From contig DAOULO010000052.1 of NCBI GenBank assembly GCA_034420195.1, positions 323 to 64,322 of the forward strand: a stretch of 64,000 nt of DNA, in the 5' to 3' direction. The DNA comes from Dehalococcoidales bacterium (lineage in GTDB: Bacteria; Chloroflexota; Dehalococcoidia; Dehalococcoidales; RBG-16-60-22). Position 1 is the stretch's first letter; every line of letters begins with the position of its first letter. A program made the translations under genes and the position numbers. The notes below the pieces were generated by a model. That model was not told where the DNA came from. It ran no database searches and worked only from the letters and a program-made list of their open reading frames with translations. This document shows, one piece after another, positions 1 through 8,469 of this stretch.

Positions 1-171
1 CTTCTCGCCGCGGGGCGCCGCCTCCTTGGGGGGGTGGCCGGGGACAATCGTCATTTCTTTTATCTTGATGGCCGGGCTTACGGCGGCAATGCGCTTGATG
101 ATTTTAATATCCGGCCGCGGCATGGACTTATCGAAGATGAAGTTGACCATGAGCACGTTGAGAGATTTCAT
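1..171 (-). CDS. hypothetical protein, 5' fragment running off the window edge
   Basis: ATG at 169-171 (minus) overlaps the pyk stop (ATGA). The frame stays open to position 1 (MKSLNVLMVNFIFDKSMPRPDIKIIKRIAAVSPAIK...). Below the ORF-track length cutoff; no family recognised. Confidence 0.3.
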   Translation of the reverse strand, partial: MKSLNVLMVNFIFDKSMPRPDIKIIKRIAAVSPAIKIKEMTIVPGHPPKEAAPRGEK

Positions 172-1619
172 GTAACGGGCACCTCGCTGATTTTTTCCAC
201 TTTGAGTAAATTGGTCGAGCCGGTGATACCGATGGGCACGCCGCCGGTGATGACAATCAAATCGCCGGGGCGGGTAATCCCCAGCTCCCGGGTTAGCGCC
301 GCCCCGGAGGCGAAAAGCTCCTTCAGGGAAGCGGCCTCGGCGGTGGCGAAGGGGTAGACGCCCCAGTGGAGCCGCAGCTGCCCGGAGACGGCCTCGTCGG
401 GGGTGATGGCCAGGGTGGGCACGCGCGGGCGGTACTTGGCGACGCGCCGCGCCGTGGAGCCGGATTGGGTGAAGGCCACGATGGCCGCCGCCCTCAGCCG
501 GGCGGCGGTATGGCAGGCGCTGTAGCTGATGAGCTCGTCGGTCTCCCGCTCAATCCACTGGCTCCGCTCGGCGAGGAGGTGGTCGTAGGGGAGCTTCTTC
601 TCCGTCTCGCGGGCGATTTTGGCCATCGTCTTCACGGCGGCCACCGGATACTTGCCGATGGACGTCTCCGCCGAGAGCATGGTGGCGTCCGTACCGTCGA
701 AGATGGCGTTGGCCACGTCGGTGACCTCGGCGCGGGTGGGGCGGGCGGCGTTAATCATCGATTCCAGCATCTGCGTGGCCGTGATGACGGGCTTGCCGGC
801 CCGGTTGCACTTGGCGATTATCTCTTTCTGTATCAGGGGCACCTTCTCCAGGGGGATGTCCACGCCCAGGTCGCCCCGCGCCACCATGATGCCGTCGGAG
901 GCCGCCAGGACGGCGTCGAAGTCCCGCACCGCCTGGACGCGCTCAATCTTGGCGATGATGGGGATGGCGGCGTTTTGCTCGCTTAATATCGCCCGCACGC
1001 CTTCGATATCGGCGGCATTACTCACGAAAGAGACCGCCAGGTAGTCCGGCTTGAGCGTCACGGCCAGGCGGATGTGTTCGCGCAGGGCCTCGGTCAGGAA
1101 CGGCGCCGAGCCCCGCATGCCGGGCACCACCAGGCCGCGCCTTTCGGTAATGGTGCCGCCCACCATCACCCGGCCGGTAATGTCGTCGCCGGCCTCGGCG
1201 AGCACGCGGAGCTGCATGGCCCCGTCGTCGAGGAGGACGGTATCGCCCGGCTTGACGTCCTCGGGCAGGTTGGGTAAGTCCACCGGCAGCCGGGTGGCGT
1301 CGCCCTCAATATCGCGGGTGGTCAGCGTGACGGTAGCGCCCTTCTTGAGGACGGCCTGGCCGCCTTTGAGCCGGCCGATGCGGTACTTGGGGCCGGGGAT
1401 GTCCGTAATAATGGCGACGGGCACGCCCCGACGGCGACTGACGCGCCGCACCGTGGCGGCGTACTGCTGGTGATGCTCGGGGGTGCCGTGGGCCAAGTTG
1501 AGGCGGGCGATGTCCAGCCCGGCGCGGATAAGCCGCTCGATGACGGCCGCCGTGGCCGCCGCCGGGCCCAGGGTAACCACTATCTTGGTGCGTCTTTTGA
1601 GGAAGGCGGGCTGTTTCAT
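168..1619 (-). CDS. pyk: pyruvate kinase
   Basis: 483-aa ORF. Shows RRTKIVVTLGPA N-terminus, MVARGDLGV and GKPVITATQMLESM motifs, and a C-terminal regulatory domain. Confidence 0.95.
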   Translation of the reverse strand: MKQPAFLKRRTKIVVTLGPAAATAAVIERLIRAGLDIARLNLAHGTPEHHQQYAATVRRVSRRRGVPVAIITDIPGPKYRIGRLKGGQAVLKKGATVTLTTRDIEGDATRLPVDLPNLPEDVKPGDTVLLDDGAMQLRVLAEAGDDITGRVMVGGTITERRGLVVPGMRGSAPFLTEALREHIRLAVTLKPDYLAVSFVSNAADIEGVRAILSEQNAAIPIIAKIERVQAVRDFDAVLAASDGIMVARGDLGVDIPLEKVPLIQKEIIAKCNRAGKPVITATQMLESMINAARPTRAEVTDVANAIFDGTDATMLSAETSIGKYPVAAVKTMAKIARETEKKLPYDHLLAERSQWIERETDELISYSACHTAARLRAAAIVAFTQSGSTARRVAKYRPRVPTLAITPDEAVSGQLRLHWGVYPFATAEAASLKELFASGAALTRELGITRPGDLIVITGGVPIGITGSTNLLKVEKISEVPVT

Positions 1620-1675
1620 CTTCCGGGGCAGCTCCTTGACGGCCTTACCGCCTCGATTGATAGATACGCTTCGTA

Positions 1676-2122
1676 TTAGGCGGCCAGCTTTTCGCCGAAG
1701 GCCCGGCCGTAGGCCTGGCAGGCGCGCATCCCCTCGTCGGTGTCTGCCTTGACATCCAGCAGATTGAAGGGGCCCAGCTCGAAGGGGTCCATCTTAAAGA
1801 CGTGCTCCATGGTATCGAAGACCATCTTGGCGGCGTTGCCGTCGTGGGTGTAGGAGCCGAAGGCCCCGGCGAGCTTGCCTTTAAGGTCGGCCTGGCGCGC
1901 CCGGAAGAGGAACTGCTTCATCGGCTCCGTCATGTCCAGGTAATAGGTGGGGCAGCCGAAGATATAGCCGTCGTAGCCGGCCAGTTCTCCGGCCTCTTTG
2001 ACTTCGGCCACTTTCTTGACCTTGACTTCCTGCCCGCTGATGCGGACGCCCTCGGCGACATAGTCGGCCATCTGCTGGGTATGGCCGCTCAGGCTGAAAT
2101 AGGCGATGAGTACCTTTTTCAT
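1676..2122 (-). CDS. flavodoxin (short-chain, FMN-binding)
   Basis: KVLIAYFSLSGHTQ FMN-phosphate loop and flavodoxin-like length. Start moved to the second ATG (2122), which has GGAGG 7 nt upstream; the track start at 2128 sits 1 nt from the SD. Confidence 0.8.
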   Translation of the reverse strand: MKKVLIAYFSLSGHTQQMADYVAEGVRISGQEVKVKKVAEVKEAGELAGYDGYIFGCPTYYLDMTEPMKQFLFRARQADLKGKLAGAFGSYTHDGNAAKMVFDTMEHVFKMDPFELGPFNLLDVKADTDEGMRACQAYGRAFGEKLAA

Positions 2123-2176
2123 GGTCATACCTCCGCGTTGTGTTTCGCCCGCGCCGGGCGGGGGTCGTTTGGCTGC

Positions 2177-2569
2177 TTAGACCTTAACGGCCTGCTGCGA
2201 CTGCCACAGACCGTGGATGTTGCAGTAGGCGGCGGCGTAAATCACGCCGGGCTTGGCCGTCTTCAGGCTGAGGCTCACCTCGTGGTGGGTGTAGACGGGC
2301 CCCTGGTTGGGCCCCGCCGCCGACTCTCCGTGGGCGGTGAAATCGGCCCGCCCTACCTGGACGGGGAACTTCTCGCCCTCCGCCTGAAAGTAGACGGCAA
2401 TCCAGCGGATGTGGTGCTCGGTGGTGTTGGGGTGGGCTATCTCCTTACCCAGGCTTACCTTCACCGGAAAGAACTCCCCGGCCTTGACGCTCCCGGCGCA
2501 TTCAATGACGGGGACGTGCTTCTCCGTTTTCCAGTCGGCCGTCTGGTAAAGCTCTCCTAACTGTGTCAT
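2177..2569 (-). CDS. superoxide reductase (1Fe-SOR / neelaredoxin-type desulfoferrodoxin family)
   Basis: 130 aa with KHVPVIE, HPNTTEHHIRW and CNIHGLW iron-ligand motifs. No N-terminal desulforedoxin domain. Confidence 0.85.
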   Translation of the reverse strand: MTQLGELYQTADWKTEKHVPVIECAGSVKAGEFFPVKVSLGKEIAHPNTTEHHIRWIAVYFQAEGEKFPVQVGRADFTAHGESAAGPNQGPVYTHHEVSLSLKTAKPGVIYAAAYCNIHGLWQSQQAVKV

Positions 2570-2611
2570 GGTCTCCTCCTTTGCAGACTTGGCAAAATGC
2601 TCGCCGGCGCC

Positions 2612-3082
2612 CTAGCCGATGGTGCAGCCCGGTGCCCGGATGATGAGGACCGGCACGGGGCTGGCGTTGAGGACCTTATTGGCGACGCTGCCGTGCGTCC
2701 ACCGGCTGGGGCCGGAGCGGCCGTGGCTGGATATGACGATGACATCGCAGCCGGGCTGCTTGGCGTAAATGGTAATTTCCTCGGCAGGATTGCCTAGGAG
2801 CACCTCGGTCGCCACCTTGATGCCCTGTTCCTGGAGGCCTTTGGCCAGCTTATCCAGGTATTTCTGTGCCTGGGCCTCTTCCTTACCGGCGGCCTGGGAT
2901 ATCAGCCGCTGCCCCAGCGGCTGGGCGGGGTCGTCGATGGTGCGGTAGCCCTCGACGCGCTCGGTGACGCTGACGAGGGTGACCTTTTCCGCCTGGCAGC
3001 CGCGGGCCAGGTCCTCGGCGTAGGGCAGGGCGCATTCGGCCAGCTTGGAGCCGTCCAGCGGTACCAGGATTTTCTTAAACAT
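2612..3082 (-). CDS. universal stress protein (UspA family)
   Basis: MFKKILVPLDGS start and C-terminal VISSHGRSG...GSVANKVL ATP-binding motif. Start set at ATG 3082 with AGGAGG 5-10 nt upstream; the 33 codons upstream in the track ORF look non-coding. Confidence 0.85.
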   Translation of the reverse strand: MFKKILVPLDGSKLAECALPYAEDLARGCQAEKVTLVSVTERVEGYRTIDDPAQPLGQRLISQAAGKEEAQAQKYLDKLAKGLQEQGIKVATEVLLGNPAEEITIYAKQPGCDVIVISSHGRSGPSRWTHGSVANKVLNASPVPVLIIRAPGCTIG

Positions 3083-3222
3083 ACTGCCTCCTTTGGCTCG
3101 CTTCTGATTCAGCCTGATTATATGTTTAATCCGGGCAGATTGGTAGTGCGCCGCCAGCGCGGCGGGATGTCCCGGCTCCAATCTTATCTTAGCAGAATTT
3201 TAGGCGGGAGACGATGGAGAAG

Positions 3223-3251
3223 TTATAAAATCGCCGGGGAAAAAGTTACAA
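3223..3251 (-). promoter_or_regulatory. sigma70-like promoter upstream of usp (TTGTAA-N17-TTATAA)
   Basis: On the minus strand, TTGTAA (3246-3251) and TTATAA (3223-3228) with a 17-nt spacer. About 45 nt of this region recurs at 38715-38760 (see findings). Confidence 0.45.
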
Positions 3252-3273
3252 AACTGTGTCATCTGGGCGGCGG

Positions 3274-3582
3274 TCAGTAAATCTCCTCCCCGGTCAGGAT
3301 GACCATGTCGGTGACCATGGGGACGAATTTCTGGAGGAAGCCCTGGTACTCCGCCGTTGGGGCGGCCTTCTCCTCGAACTCAGCGACGCTGGTCAGGTGC
3401 ACGATGCCGGCGTAGTGGTAGGGGGGCTCGCCGGCGGACGACCCGGTTATTTTCACCAGCTCGTACTTCTTCACGGCGGGGAGGCCGGAAATCAGGGGGC
3501 CTTTATCGCTGGTAACGTACTCCTTGAAGGCGGCGTCGGTGACGTGCGGCGCCAGGTTGTAAAGAATGATTCGCTTGGCCAT
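3274..3582 (-). CDS. small hypothetical protein (possibly EthD/Dabb-like alpha+beta barrel)
   Basis: 102-aa ORF with codon usage like its neighbours. Family assignment is by weak resemblance only. Confidence 0.5.
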   Translation of the reverse strand: MAKRIILYNLAPHVTDAAFKEYVTSDKGPLISGLPAVKKYELVKITGSSAGEPPYHYAGIVHLTSVAEFEEKAAPTAEYQGFLQKFVPMVTDMVILTGEEIY

Positions 3583-3655
3583 GGCTTACCTCCGTTTTTT
3601 CTTGTTATCAAGTGCATCTTACTCCCCCCGCGGGATGTGATGCAAGGGCGGGGAA

Positions 3656-3905
3656 TGCCCCTCACCACCCCGCCGGGTTTTTCTTTCCCACCCAGCCTGC
3701 CCTCCGCACGAGGCTTCGGGAGGCGGGCCGCCCTGTGGTATCCTGCCACTACTCGGTGGGGTTTTCTCCCCGCCCCCGGTGGGGTAGGGGTACGTTTCTT
3801 TCCTTTCTGGTGGGGGGTAAAGGGGTGGGGCAACCTACGGCCTAAGCCGCGGATGTGCCGAGGGTGGCCTGGGTGGGAATAGATAACTCAGATGGGGCAG
3901 GATGG
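3656..3905 (+). repeat. intergenic mosaic repeat, long foldback (doublet) copy
   Basis: Left arm TTCTTTCCCACCCAGCC (3681-3697) is inverted relative to right arm GGCCTGGGTGGGAATAGATAAC (core 3871-3887). Has GGCCTAAGCC at 3839 and a G-rich tail. About 200 nt are shared with copies at 8205, 40676 and 59640. Confidence 0.85.
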
Positions 3906-3917
3906 GGGGAAAGTGAG

Positions 3918-3990
3918 TACCCCCAAGCGGATTCGAACCGCTGCTGCCGGCGTGAAAGGCCGGTGTCCTAGTCCTCTAGACGATGGGGGC
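3918..3990 (-). tRNA. tRNA-Glu (anticodon UUC)
   Basis: Minus-strand read GCCCCCATCGTCTAGAGGACTAGGACACCGGCCTTTCACGCCGGCAGCAGCGGTTCGAATCCGCTTGGGGGTA. Cloverleaf with GTTCGAATC T-loop and CTTTCAC anticodon loop. CCA not encoded. Confidence 0.9.
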
Positions 3991-4063
3991 CCACGCCATC
4001 AAGTATACCAGACAAATACCCCCCGGACAATACGCCCACCCGTCCCGCCGGGACGCCTCCGGC

Positions 4064-4092
4064 TTTACTGGCGAAGCCGGCTGGTGTAAAAT
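4064..4092 (+). promoter_or_regulatory. sigma70-like promoter (TTTACT-N17-TAAAAT) for the fmdB-dtd operon
   Basis: TTTACT 4064-4069, 17-nt spacer, TAAAAT 4087-4092, about 35 nt upstream of the 4127 start. Confidence 0.45.
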
Positions 4093-4126
4093 TATAGTAG
4101 CGGATAAACCCACGAGGTGACATAAC

Positions 4127-4390
4127 ATGCCCATCTACGAGTACGAGTGCGGCCAGTGCCAGCATCGCTTTGAGGTCAAGCAGAGCTTCAAGGATAAGCC
4201 CGAGGCGGCCTGCCCCCAGTGCCAGCAAACGGCGCGGCGCATCTTTCACCCCGCGCCGATAATCTTTAAAGGCAAAGGCTTCTACGTTACCGACCACCGC
4301 CCTTCCCCTAAAGATGGGGAGGGCAAAAAGACCCCCGGCGAGTCCAAGCCTGCCGCGGGGAAATCGGAGGCCAGCCAGAGCACCAAGTGA
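4127..4390 (+). CDS. FmdB-family zinc-ribbon protein
   Basis: MPIYEYECGQC...CPQC N-terminal zinc ribbon followed by a low-complexity tail. Confidence 0.8.
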   Translation: MPIYEYECGQCQHRFEVKQSFKDKPEAACPQCQQTARRIFHPAPIIFKGKGFYVTDHRPSPKDGEGKKTPGESKPAAGKSEASQSTK

Positions 4391-4839
4391 AGGCGCTATT
4401 GCAACGGGTCAGCGGCGCTGCCGTCACCGTCGCCGGTGAGGAGGTGGGGCGCATCGGGCGGGGGCTGGTGGTCTTTATCGGGGTGGCTGAAGGTGATACG
4501 GAAAAGGACGCGCAGTATCTGGTGGACAAGACCATCAACCTGCGCATCTTCACCGATGCCGCCGGTAAGTTCAACCTCTCGGCCCTGGATACCGGCGGCG
4601 AGCTGCTGTTGGTGAGCCAGTTTACGCTGCTGGCCGAGACGCGCCGGGGGCGGCGCCCCAGCTTCGTGGCGGCGGCGGCGCCGGGGGAGGCCGAGCGGCT
4701 CTTTAATTATGCCGTGGGGCTGGCCCGCGCCAGCGGCCTTAAGGTGGCCACCGGGCGTTTCCAGCAGCACATGGTGGTGGACATCCAGAACGACGGGCCG
4801 GTCACGGTGATGCTGGACAGCCGCGAGAAGTTCGCTTGA
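4387..4839 (+). CDS. dtd: D-aminoacyl-tRNA deacylase
   Basis: 150 aa with MKALLQRV start, SQFTL and NDGPVT motifs. 4-nt overlap with the upstream gene. Confidence 0.92.
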   Translation: MKALLQRVSGAAVTVAGEEVGRIGRGLVVFIGVAEGDTEKDAQYLVDKTINLRIFTDAAGKFNLSALDTGGELLLVSQFTLLAETRRGRRPSFVAAAAPGEAERLFNYAVGLARASGLKVATGRFQQHMVVDIQNDGPVTVMLDSREKFA

Positions 4840-4859
4840 ATCCGGGCAAGGGGGACGAC

Positions 4860-5072
4860 ATGAGTAATGATGACCGGGCGAAACTCAAGCAGCTCCTGAG
4901 CTACTGGGTGGAGCATAATCAAGAACACAGCGAGGAATTTAAAGAGTGGGCGGAGAAGGCCCGCCGGATGGGCGAGGCCGCGGCTGCCGCCGAAATCCTG
5001 GAGGCGGTAGCGAATATGGACAAGGTCAGCGCCATCCTCTCCGGGACGCTCAAGCGGCTGGGAGGTGCCTAA
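4860..5072 (+). CDS. small helical hypothetical protein (His/Glu-rich WVEHNQEHSEEF segment)
   Basis: ORF directly upstream of cooT. ATG 4860 is preceded by AAGGGGGA; the track start at 4836 is a TTG overlapping the dtd stop. No family recognised. Confidence 0.55.
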   Translation: MSNDDRAKLKQLLSYWVEHNQEHSEEFKEWAEKARRMGEAAAAAEILEAVANMDKVSAILSGTLKRLGGA

Positions 5073-5075
5073 ATT

Positions 5076-5270
5076 ATGTGTCTGGCGAAGGCTTATATCG
5101 GCAGTGGTGGTCAGGAAGAGCTCTTGGCCGAGGAGATTGCCTCGGTCAAGGCCGAGGGCGGCAAGCTCCTGGTGACGACGCTCTTCGGGGAGAAGCGAGA
5201 AGTAGCTGCCACCATCAGAGAGATAGATTTCAAGACGAGCCGAATCCTCCTGGAAAAGACCGCCGCCTAA
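5076..5270 (+). CDS. cooT: CooT-family nickel-binding protein
   Basis: 64 aa with N-terminal Met-Cys (Cys2 is the Ni ligand in characterised CooT). The ...AEGGKLLVTTLFGE... core resembles CooT from Rhodospirillum rubrum. Confidence 0.7.
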   Translation: MCLAKAYIGSGGQEELLAEEIASVKAEGGKLLVTTLFGEKREVAATIREIDFKTSRILLEKTAA

Positions 5271-6178
5271 AGCAGCTTCAGGGTCTGGGCCTCTAACTCC
5301 AGGCTGATGTCCAGCGCCTTGAAGGAGTGCGTCAGCGCCCCCACCGAGATGATATCCACGCCCGTCTCGGCCGCGGCGCGCACGTTAGCCAGCGTTATCC
5401 CCCCCGATGCCTCCAGCTTGGCCTTGCCCGCCACCAGCGCCACGGCGCGGCGCATCTCGTCGGTGGGCATGTTGTCCAGCATGACGATATCGGCGCCGGC
5501 TTTGGCGGCCTCGGCGGCCTCCGGGGCGGAGGTCACCTCTACCTCAATGGTGATGCCCTCGGGGGTGTTGCGGCGGGCCTTGGTGATAATGTCCTTGAGT
5601 TTGAGGCCGGTGGCGCGCAGGGCGGCCAGGTGGTTGTCCTTGATGAGAACGGCGTCGCCCAGGTGGAGGCGGTGATTGTGGCCGCCGCCGGCCCGCACGG
5701 CGTATTTCTCCAGCCGCCGCAGGCCCGGTGTGGTCTTGCGGGTATCCACGATTTTAGCTTTCAGTCCCCCGACCGCTGCCACGTACTGCGCCGTCAGCGA
5801 GGCGATGCCGCTGAGGCGCTGCAGGAAGTTGAGGGCGGTACGCTCCGCCTTGAGGATGCCGGTCAGTCCCCCGCTGATGCTGGCGGCGACGTCGCCCGGC
5901 TTGATGGGCGTGCCGTCCTGAATGAGGATGTCTATCTTCAGCGACGGGTCAACGGTGCTGAAGACGCGCCCGGCCACCCCGATGCCGGCCAGCACGCCGG
6001 CCTCTTTGACGGTTACCTCCGCCTTGCCGGTGAGATAGGGGGGCAGCAGCGCCTGGCTGGTGACGTCGCCGTGGGCGGTGTCCTCGGCCAGGGCGGTATC
6101 GATAATGACCTGGAGATGTTCTGCGGAGAGATAAGCGGCGAGGTCAACGCGGTCTTCCTGCGGAGCGGTAGTTTCCAT
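5267..6178 (-). CDS. nadC: nicotinate-nucleotide diphosphorylase (quinolinate phosphoribosyltransferase)
   Basis: Typical NadC sequence (TRKTTPGLR, NHR, MLDN motifs). Start set at ATG 6178 because the 13 upstream codons of the track ORF are encoded by a repeat copy (6182-6235). Confidence 0.9.
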   Translation of the reverse strand: METTAPQEDRVDLAAYLSAEHLQVIIDTALAEDTAHGDVTSQALLPPYLTGKAEVTVKEAGVLAGIGVAGRVFSTVDPSLKIDILIQDGTPIKPGDVAASISGGLTGILKAERTALNFLQRLSGIASLTAQYVAAVGGLKAKIVDTRKTTPGLRRLEKYAVRAGGGHNHRLHLGDAVLIKDNHLAALRATGLKLKDIITKARRNTPEGITIEVEVTSAPEAAEAAKAGADIVMLDNMPTDEMRRAVALVAGKAKLEASGGITLANVRAAAETGVDIISVGALTHSFKALDISLELEAQTLKLL

Positions 6179-6181
6179 GAT

Positions 6182-6235
6182 ATCTTTTCCCACCCTAGCC
6201 ACCCTCGCGGCATTCACGGCTTAGCCCGTAGTTCG
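6182..6235 (-). repeat. intergenic repeat, degenerate singlet
   Basis: ATCTTTTCCCACCCTAGCCACCC...CACGGCTTAGCCCGTAG aligns with the minus-orientation short module seen at 10930, 46368 and 56400. Confidence 0.65.
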
Positions 6236-6273
6236 GTCGCCCCACTCCACTGATAGATATAAGAAGCCTGTCG

Positions 6274-6323
6274 GTTATCTATTTCCGCCCAACCTTGCCG
6301 GGAGTTGCCGGGGGCTCGGCTAC
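6274..6323 (-). repeat. intergenic repeat, degenerate singlet
   Basis: GTTATCTATTTCCGCCC (2 mismatches to the core) followed by a decayed ...CTCGGCTACC tail. In tandem with the copy at 6182. Confidence 0.55.
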
Positions 6324-6689
6324 CTACTTCTCCTGGCGGAAGACGACGCTGCCCCGGGCGACGCGCAGGGTAGCCCCGGACTCCACCTTGATGACAACAC
6401 TGTCCTCGGAGACGCTCTCAATCGTCCCGTAGATGCCCCCGGCGGTCATGACGCGGTCGCCCCTTTGCATGGCCTGCATCATCTCTTCCTGCTTCTTCTG
6501 ACGCCGGCGCTGTGGCCTTATCATGACGAAGTAGAAGAGCGCGAAGATGGCCACCAGGAAGGCCAGCATGTACCAGGTGGCGTTGGGGTCGGCCTCCTGC
6601 CCCTCGGCGGTGGGAAAGCAACCGCTGAAAAACACCAGGATTGCGACGAGCAGCCCGGCGATGAGAGCGATTCTCAATACCTTGTTCAT
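6324..6689 (-). CDS. yajC: preprotein translocase subunit YajC (with extra N-terminal hydrophobic/lipobox-like segment)
   Basis: [16 protein letters not shown]...[14 protein letters not shown] YajC core, preceded by [24 protein letters not shown]. Confidence 0.85.
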   Translation of the reverse strand: MNKVLRIALIAGLLVAILVFFSGCFPTAEGQEADPNATWYMLAFLVAIFALFYFVMIRPQRRRQKKQEEMMQAMQRGDRVMTAGGIYGTIESVSEDSVVIKVESGATLRVARGSVVFRQEK

Positions 6690-7951
6690 TTTTCCTCCCG
6701 ATTTGTCCGGCCGGTTTCTATTTTACCCTGCAACGCCCAGGGGCTGGTCTTAGTTATCCTCACCTTTACCAGCTGCCCCAGATAATCGGCGCTGCCGCCG
6801 AAAAACACTAATTTATTGGTACGGGTTCGTCCGTACCACCTGCCGCGCTGCCGGCCCTCCACCAGTATTTCTGCCGTCGTGCTCCGCAGGGTGGCGTTCA
6901 ACTCCGCCTGGAGGCGCTCCTGGAGCGCCTCGGTCTCGGCCAGCCGGGCCTTCTTTACCTCCGGCGGCACATCGTCGGTAAGCTCCCGGGCGGCGACTGT
7001 CCCCGCCCGCGGCGAGTAAGCGGCTATATGAACTGTAGCAAACTTTAGGTCGCTAAGCAAGTCTAAGGTGGCGCGGAACTGCGCTTCGGTCTCGCCGGGG
7101 AAGCCGACGATGACGTCAGTGCTGAGGGCCACGCCGGGTATTTTCTCCTGTATTCTCGCCACCAGGTCGCGGTACTGCGCCACGGTGTAGCCGCGCCGCA
7201 TGGCGCGCAGGATGTCATCGCTGCCCGCCTGCACCGGCAGGCTGATTTGCTCGCAGACCTTATCCAGCCCGGCGATGGCCGCAATGAGTCGGTCGCTCAT
7301 GTCCTTGGGGTGGTTGGTGAGGAAGCGCAGGCGCTTGAGCTCCGCGATGCCGTTGAGCGCGGTGAGCAGGTCGGCCAGGTCGGGCTGGCCGGACAGGTCG
7401 CGGCCGTAGGAGTCGACGTTCTGCCCCAGCAGGGTGATTTCTTTGACCCCCCGCCCCACCAGTGCTTCAACCTCGCAAACGATTTCGTCCGTCGGGCGGC
7501 TGCGCTCCCGCCCGCGCCGGTAGGGGACGATGCAGTAGCTGCAGAAGTTATCGCACCCCTGGCTGATGGTGACGAAGGCGGTGGGGCCGGGGTTATCGGG
7601 CAGCGCAAGCGTGTTAGTGGCCTCCAGCCACGGCGCGGCCGCGCCGGGCTTGAAGAAGTAGTCCACGTGCGGGTAGCTTTTCTGCAGACCGGCCGTATCG
7701 GAATCTACCAGGCAGCCGGTCAGCGCCAGGGTCATCTCCGGGCGCGCCTTTTTCAGCGTCTTGAGGTTAGCCAGCTTGTTGACGACACGGCTCTCGGCGC
7801 TCTGGCGCACCACGCAGGAGTTGAGCACGATGAGGTCGGCCTCGTCGAGGCTGGCGGCCTGATAGCCCAGCTCCTCGAAGCGGGCGGCCAGCCGGGCGGA
7901 CTCGGCCTGGTTCATCTGGCAGCCGATGGTCCAGATATGGTATTTGGGCAT
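6686..7951 (-). CDS. miaB: tRNA-2-methylthio-N6-dimethylallyladenosine synthase (radical SAM methylthiotransferase)
   Basis: N-terminal MTTase Cys triad (GCQMN...NSC...TGC), radical-SAM CDNFCSYC, and C-terminal TRAM domain. Confidence 0.9.
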   Translation of the reverse strand: MPKYHIWTIGCQMNQAESARLAARFEELGYQAASLDEADLIVLNSCVVRQSAESRVVNKLANLKTLKKARPEMTLALTGCLVDSDTAGLQKSYPHVDYFFKPGAAAPWLEATNTLALPDNPGPTAFVTISQGCDNFCSYCIVPYRRGRERSRPTDEIVCEVEALVGRGVKEITLLGQNVDSYGRDLSGQPDLADLLTALNGIAELKRLRFLTNHPKDMSDRLIAAIAGLDKVCEQISLPVQAGSDDILRAMRRGYTVAQYRDLVARIQEKIPGVALSTDVIVGFPGETEAQFRATLDLLSDLKFATVHIAAYSPRAGTVAARELTDDVPPEVKKARLAETEALQERLQAELNATLRSTTAEILVEGRQRGRWYGRTRTNKLVFFGGSADYLGQLVKVRITKTSPWALQGKIETGRTNREEK

Positions 7952-8026
7952 GGCGATTTATCTTTCCGGGACAAAGGGATGATACCGGGAGTAAAATCGG
8001 GACTCTTTGAGCTTAAGGCGGTTTGG

Positions 8027-8118
8027 TGGCGGAGGGGGAGGGATTCGAACCCTCGACCCCAGTTACCCAGGGTAAGCACTTAGCAGGCGCCCGCACTAGA
8101 CCACTATGCGACCCCTCC
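8027..8118 (-). tRNA. tRNA-Ser (anticodon GCU)
   Basis: Minus-strand read GGAGGGGTCGCATAGTGGTCTAGTGCGGGCGCCTGCTAAGTGC...long variable arm...GGGTTCGAATCCCTCCCCCTCCGCCA. CCA is encoded. Confidence 0.9.
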
Positions 8119-8204
8119 CCGGCCAGTTAAAAAGAGTATTTTTAACAGTTTTATGATAACATAATCCGCCTTGGTGCTCAATGGGATGGGTTTTTTTATT
8201 GAGT

Positions 8205-8468
8205 AACCTCACCCCCTTTGCCCCGCCCCGCCGCAGAAATATTCTTTCCCACCCAGCCCTGCCCTCCGCACGACCTGCCCGCCGCTCCTTCAGAGCTATG
8301 GCAGGCGGGGGCTTCGGGAGGCGGGCCGCCCGGTGGCATCCTGCCACGACTCGGTGGGGTTTTCTCCCCACCCCGCCGGGGGTAATGGGGAGGGAAACAA
8401 CGGGCTAAGCCGCCGAGGCTACGAGGGTGGTTTGGGTGGGAATAGATAACACTGATTGGGGTGGGGGG
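8205..8468 (+). repeat. intergenic mosaic repeat, long foldback copy
   Basis: Left arm TTCTTTCCCACCCAGCC, internal CTTCGGGAGGCGGGCCGCC..TGG.ATCCTGCCAC.ACTCGGTGGGGTTTTCTCCCC shared with copy 3656, GGGCTAAGCC at 8402, and core at 8434-8450. Confidence 0.85.
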
Positions 8469-8469
8469 C

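Noticed and set aside
366-1473. Long plus-strand ORFs (366-986, 619-1044, 1051-1473) antisense to pyk. Similar antisense or alternative-frame ORFs lie opposite most genes (for example 1802-2560, 5327-6253, 7247-8083, 11830-12726, 11861-12823, 18716-19690, 21763-22731, 35479-36441, 42198-43700, 53099-54295, 51078-52076).
   Set aside because: High GC suppresses stop codons in non-coding frames. The translations are Arg/Gly/Ala/Pro-rich low-complexity strings without motifs, and each fully overlaps a gene with clear family signatures on the other strand or frame.
3492-3845. ORFs 3492-3833(-) and 3612-3845(+), and likewise 8096-8371(-), 8181-8408(+), 40676-40876(-), 40943-41152(+).
   Set aside because: They lie entirely inside copies of the intergenic repeat. 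Their similarity to each other (…KPHRVVAG.HRAARLPKP…) only reflects the repeated DNA; there is no RBS or family signature.
3906-8200. Integrase or prophage next to tRNA-Glu or tRNA-Ser.
   Set aside because: No integrase, recombinase or phage-like genes flank either tRNA. The only adjacent non-genic material is the repeat family.
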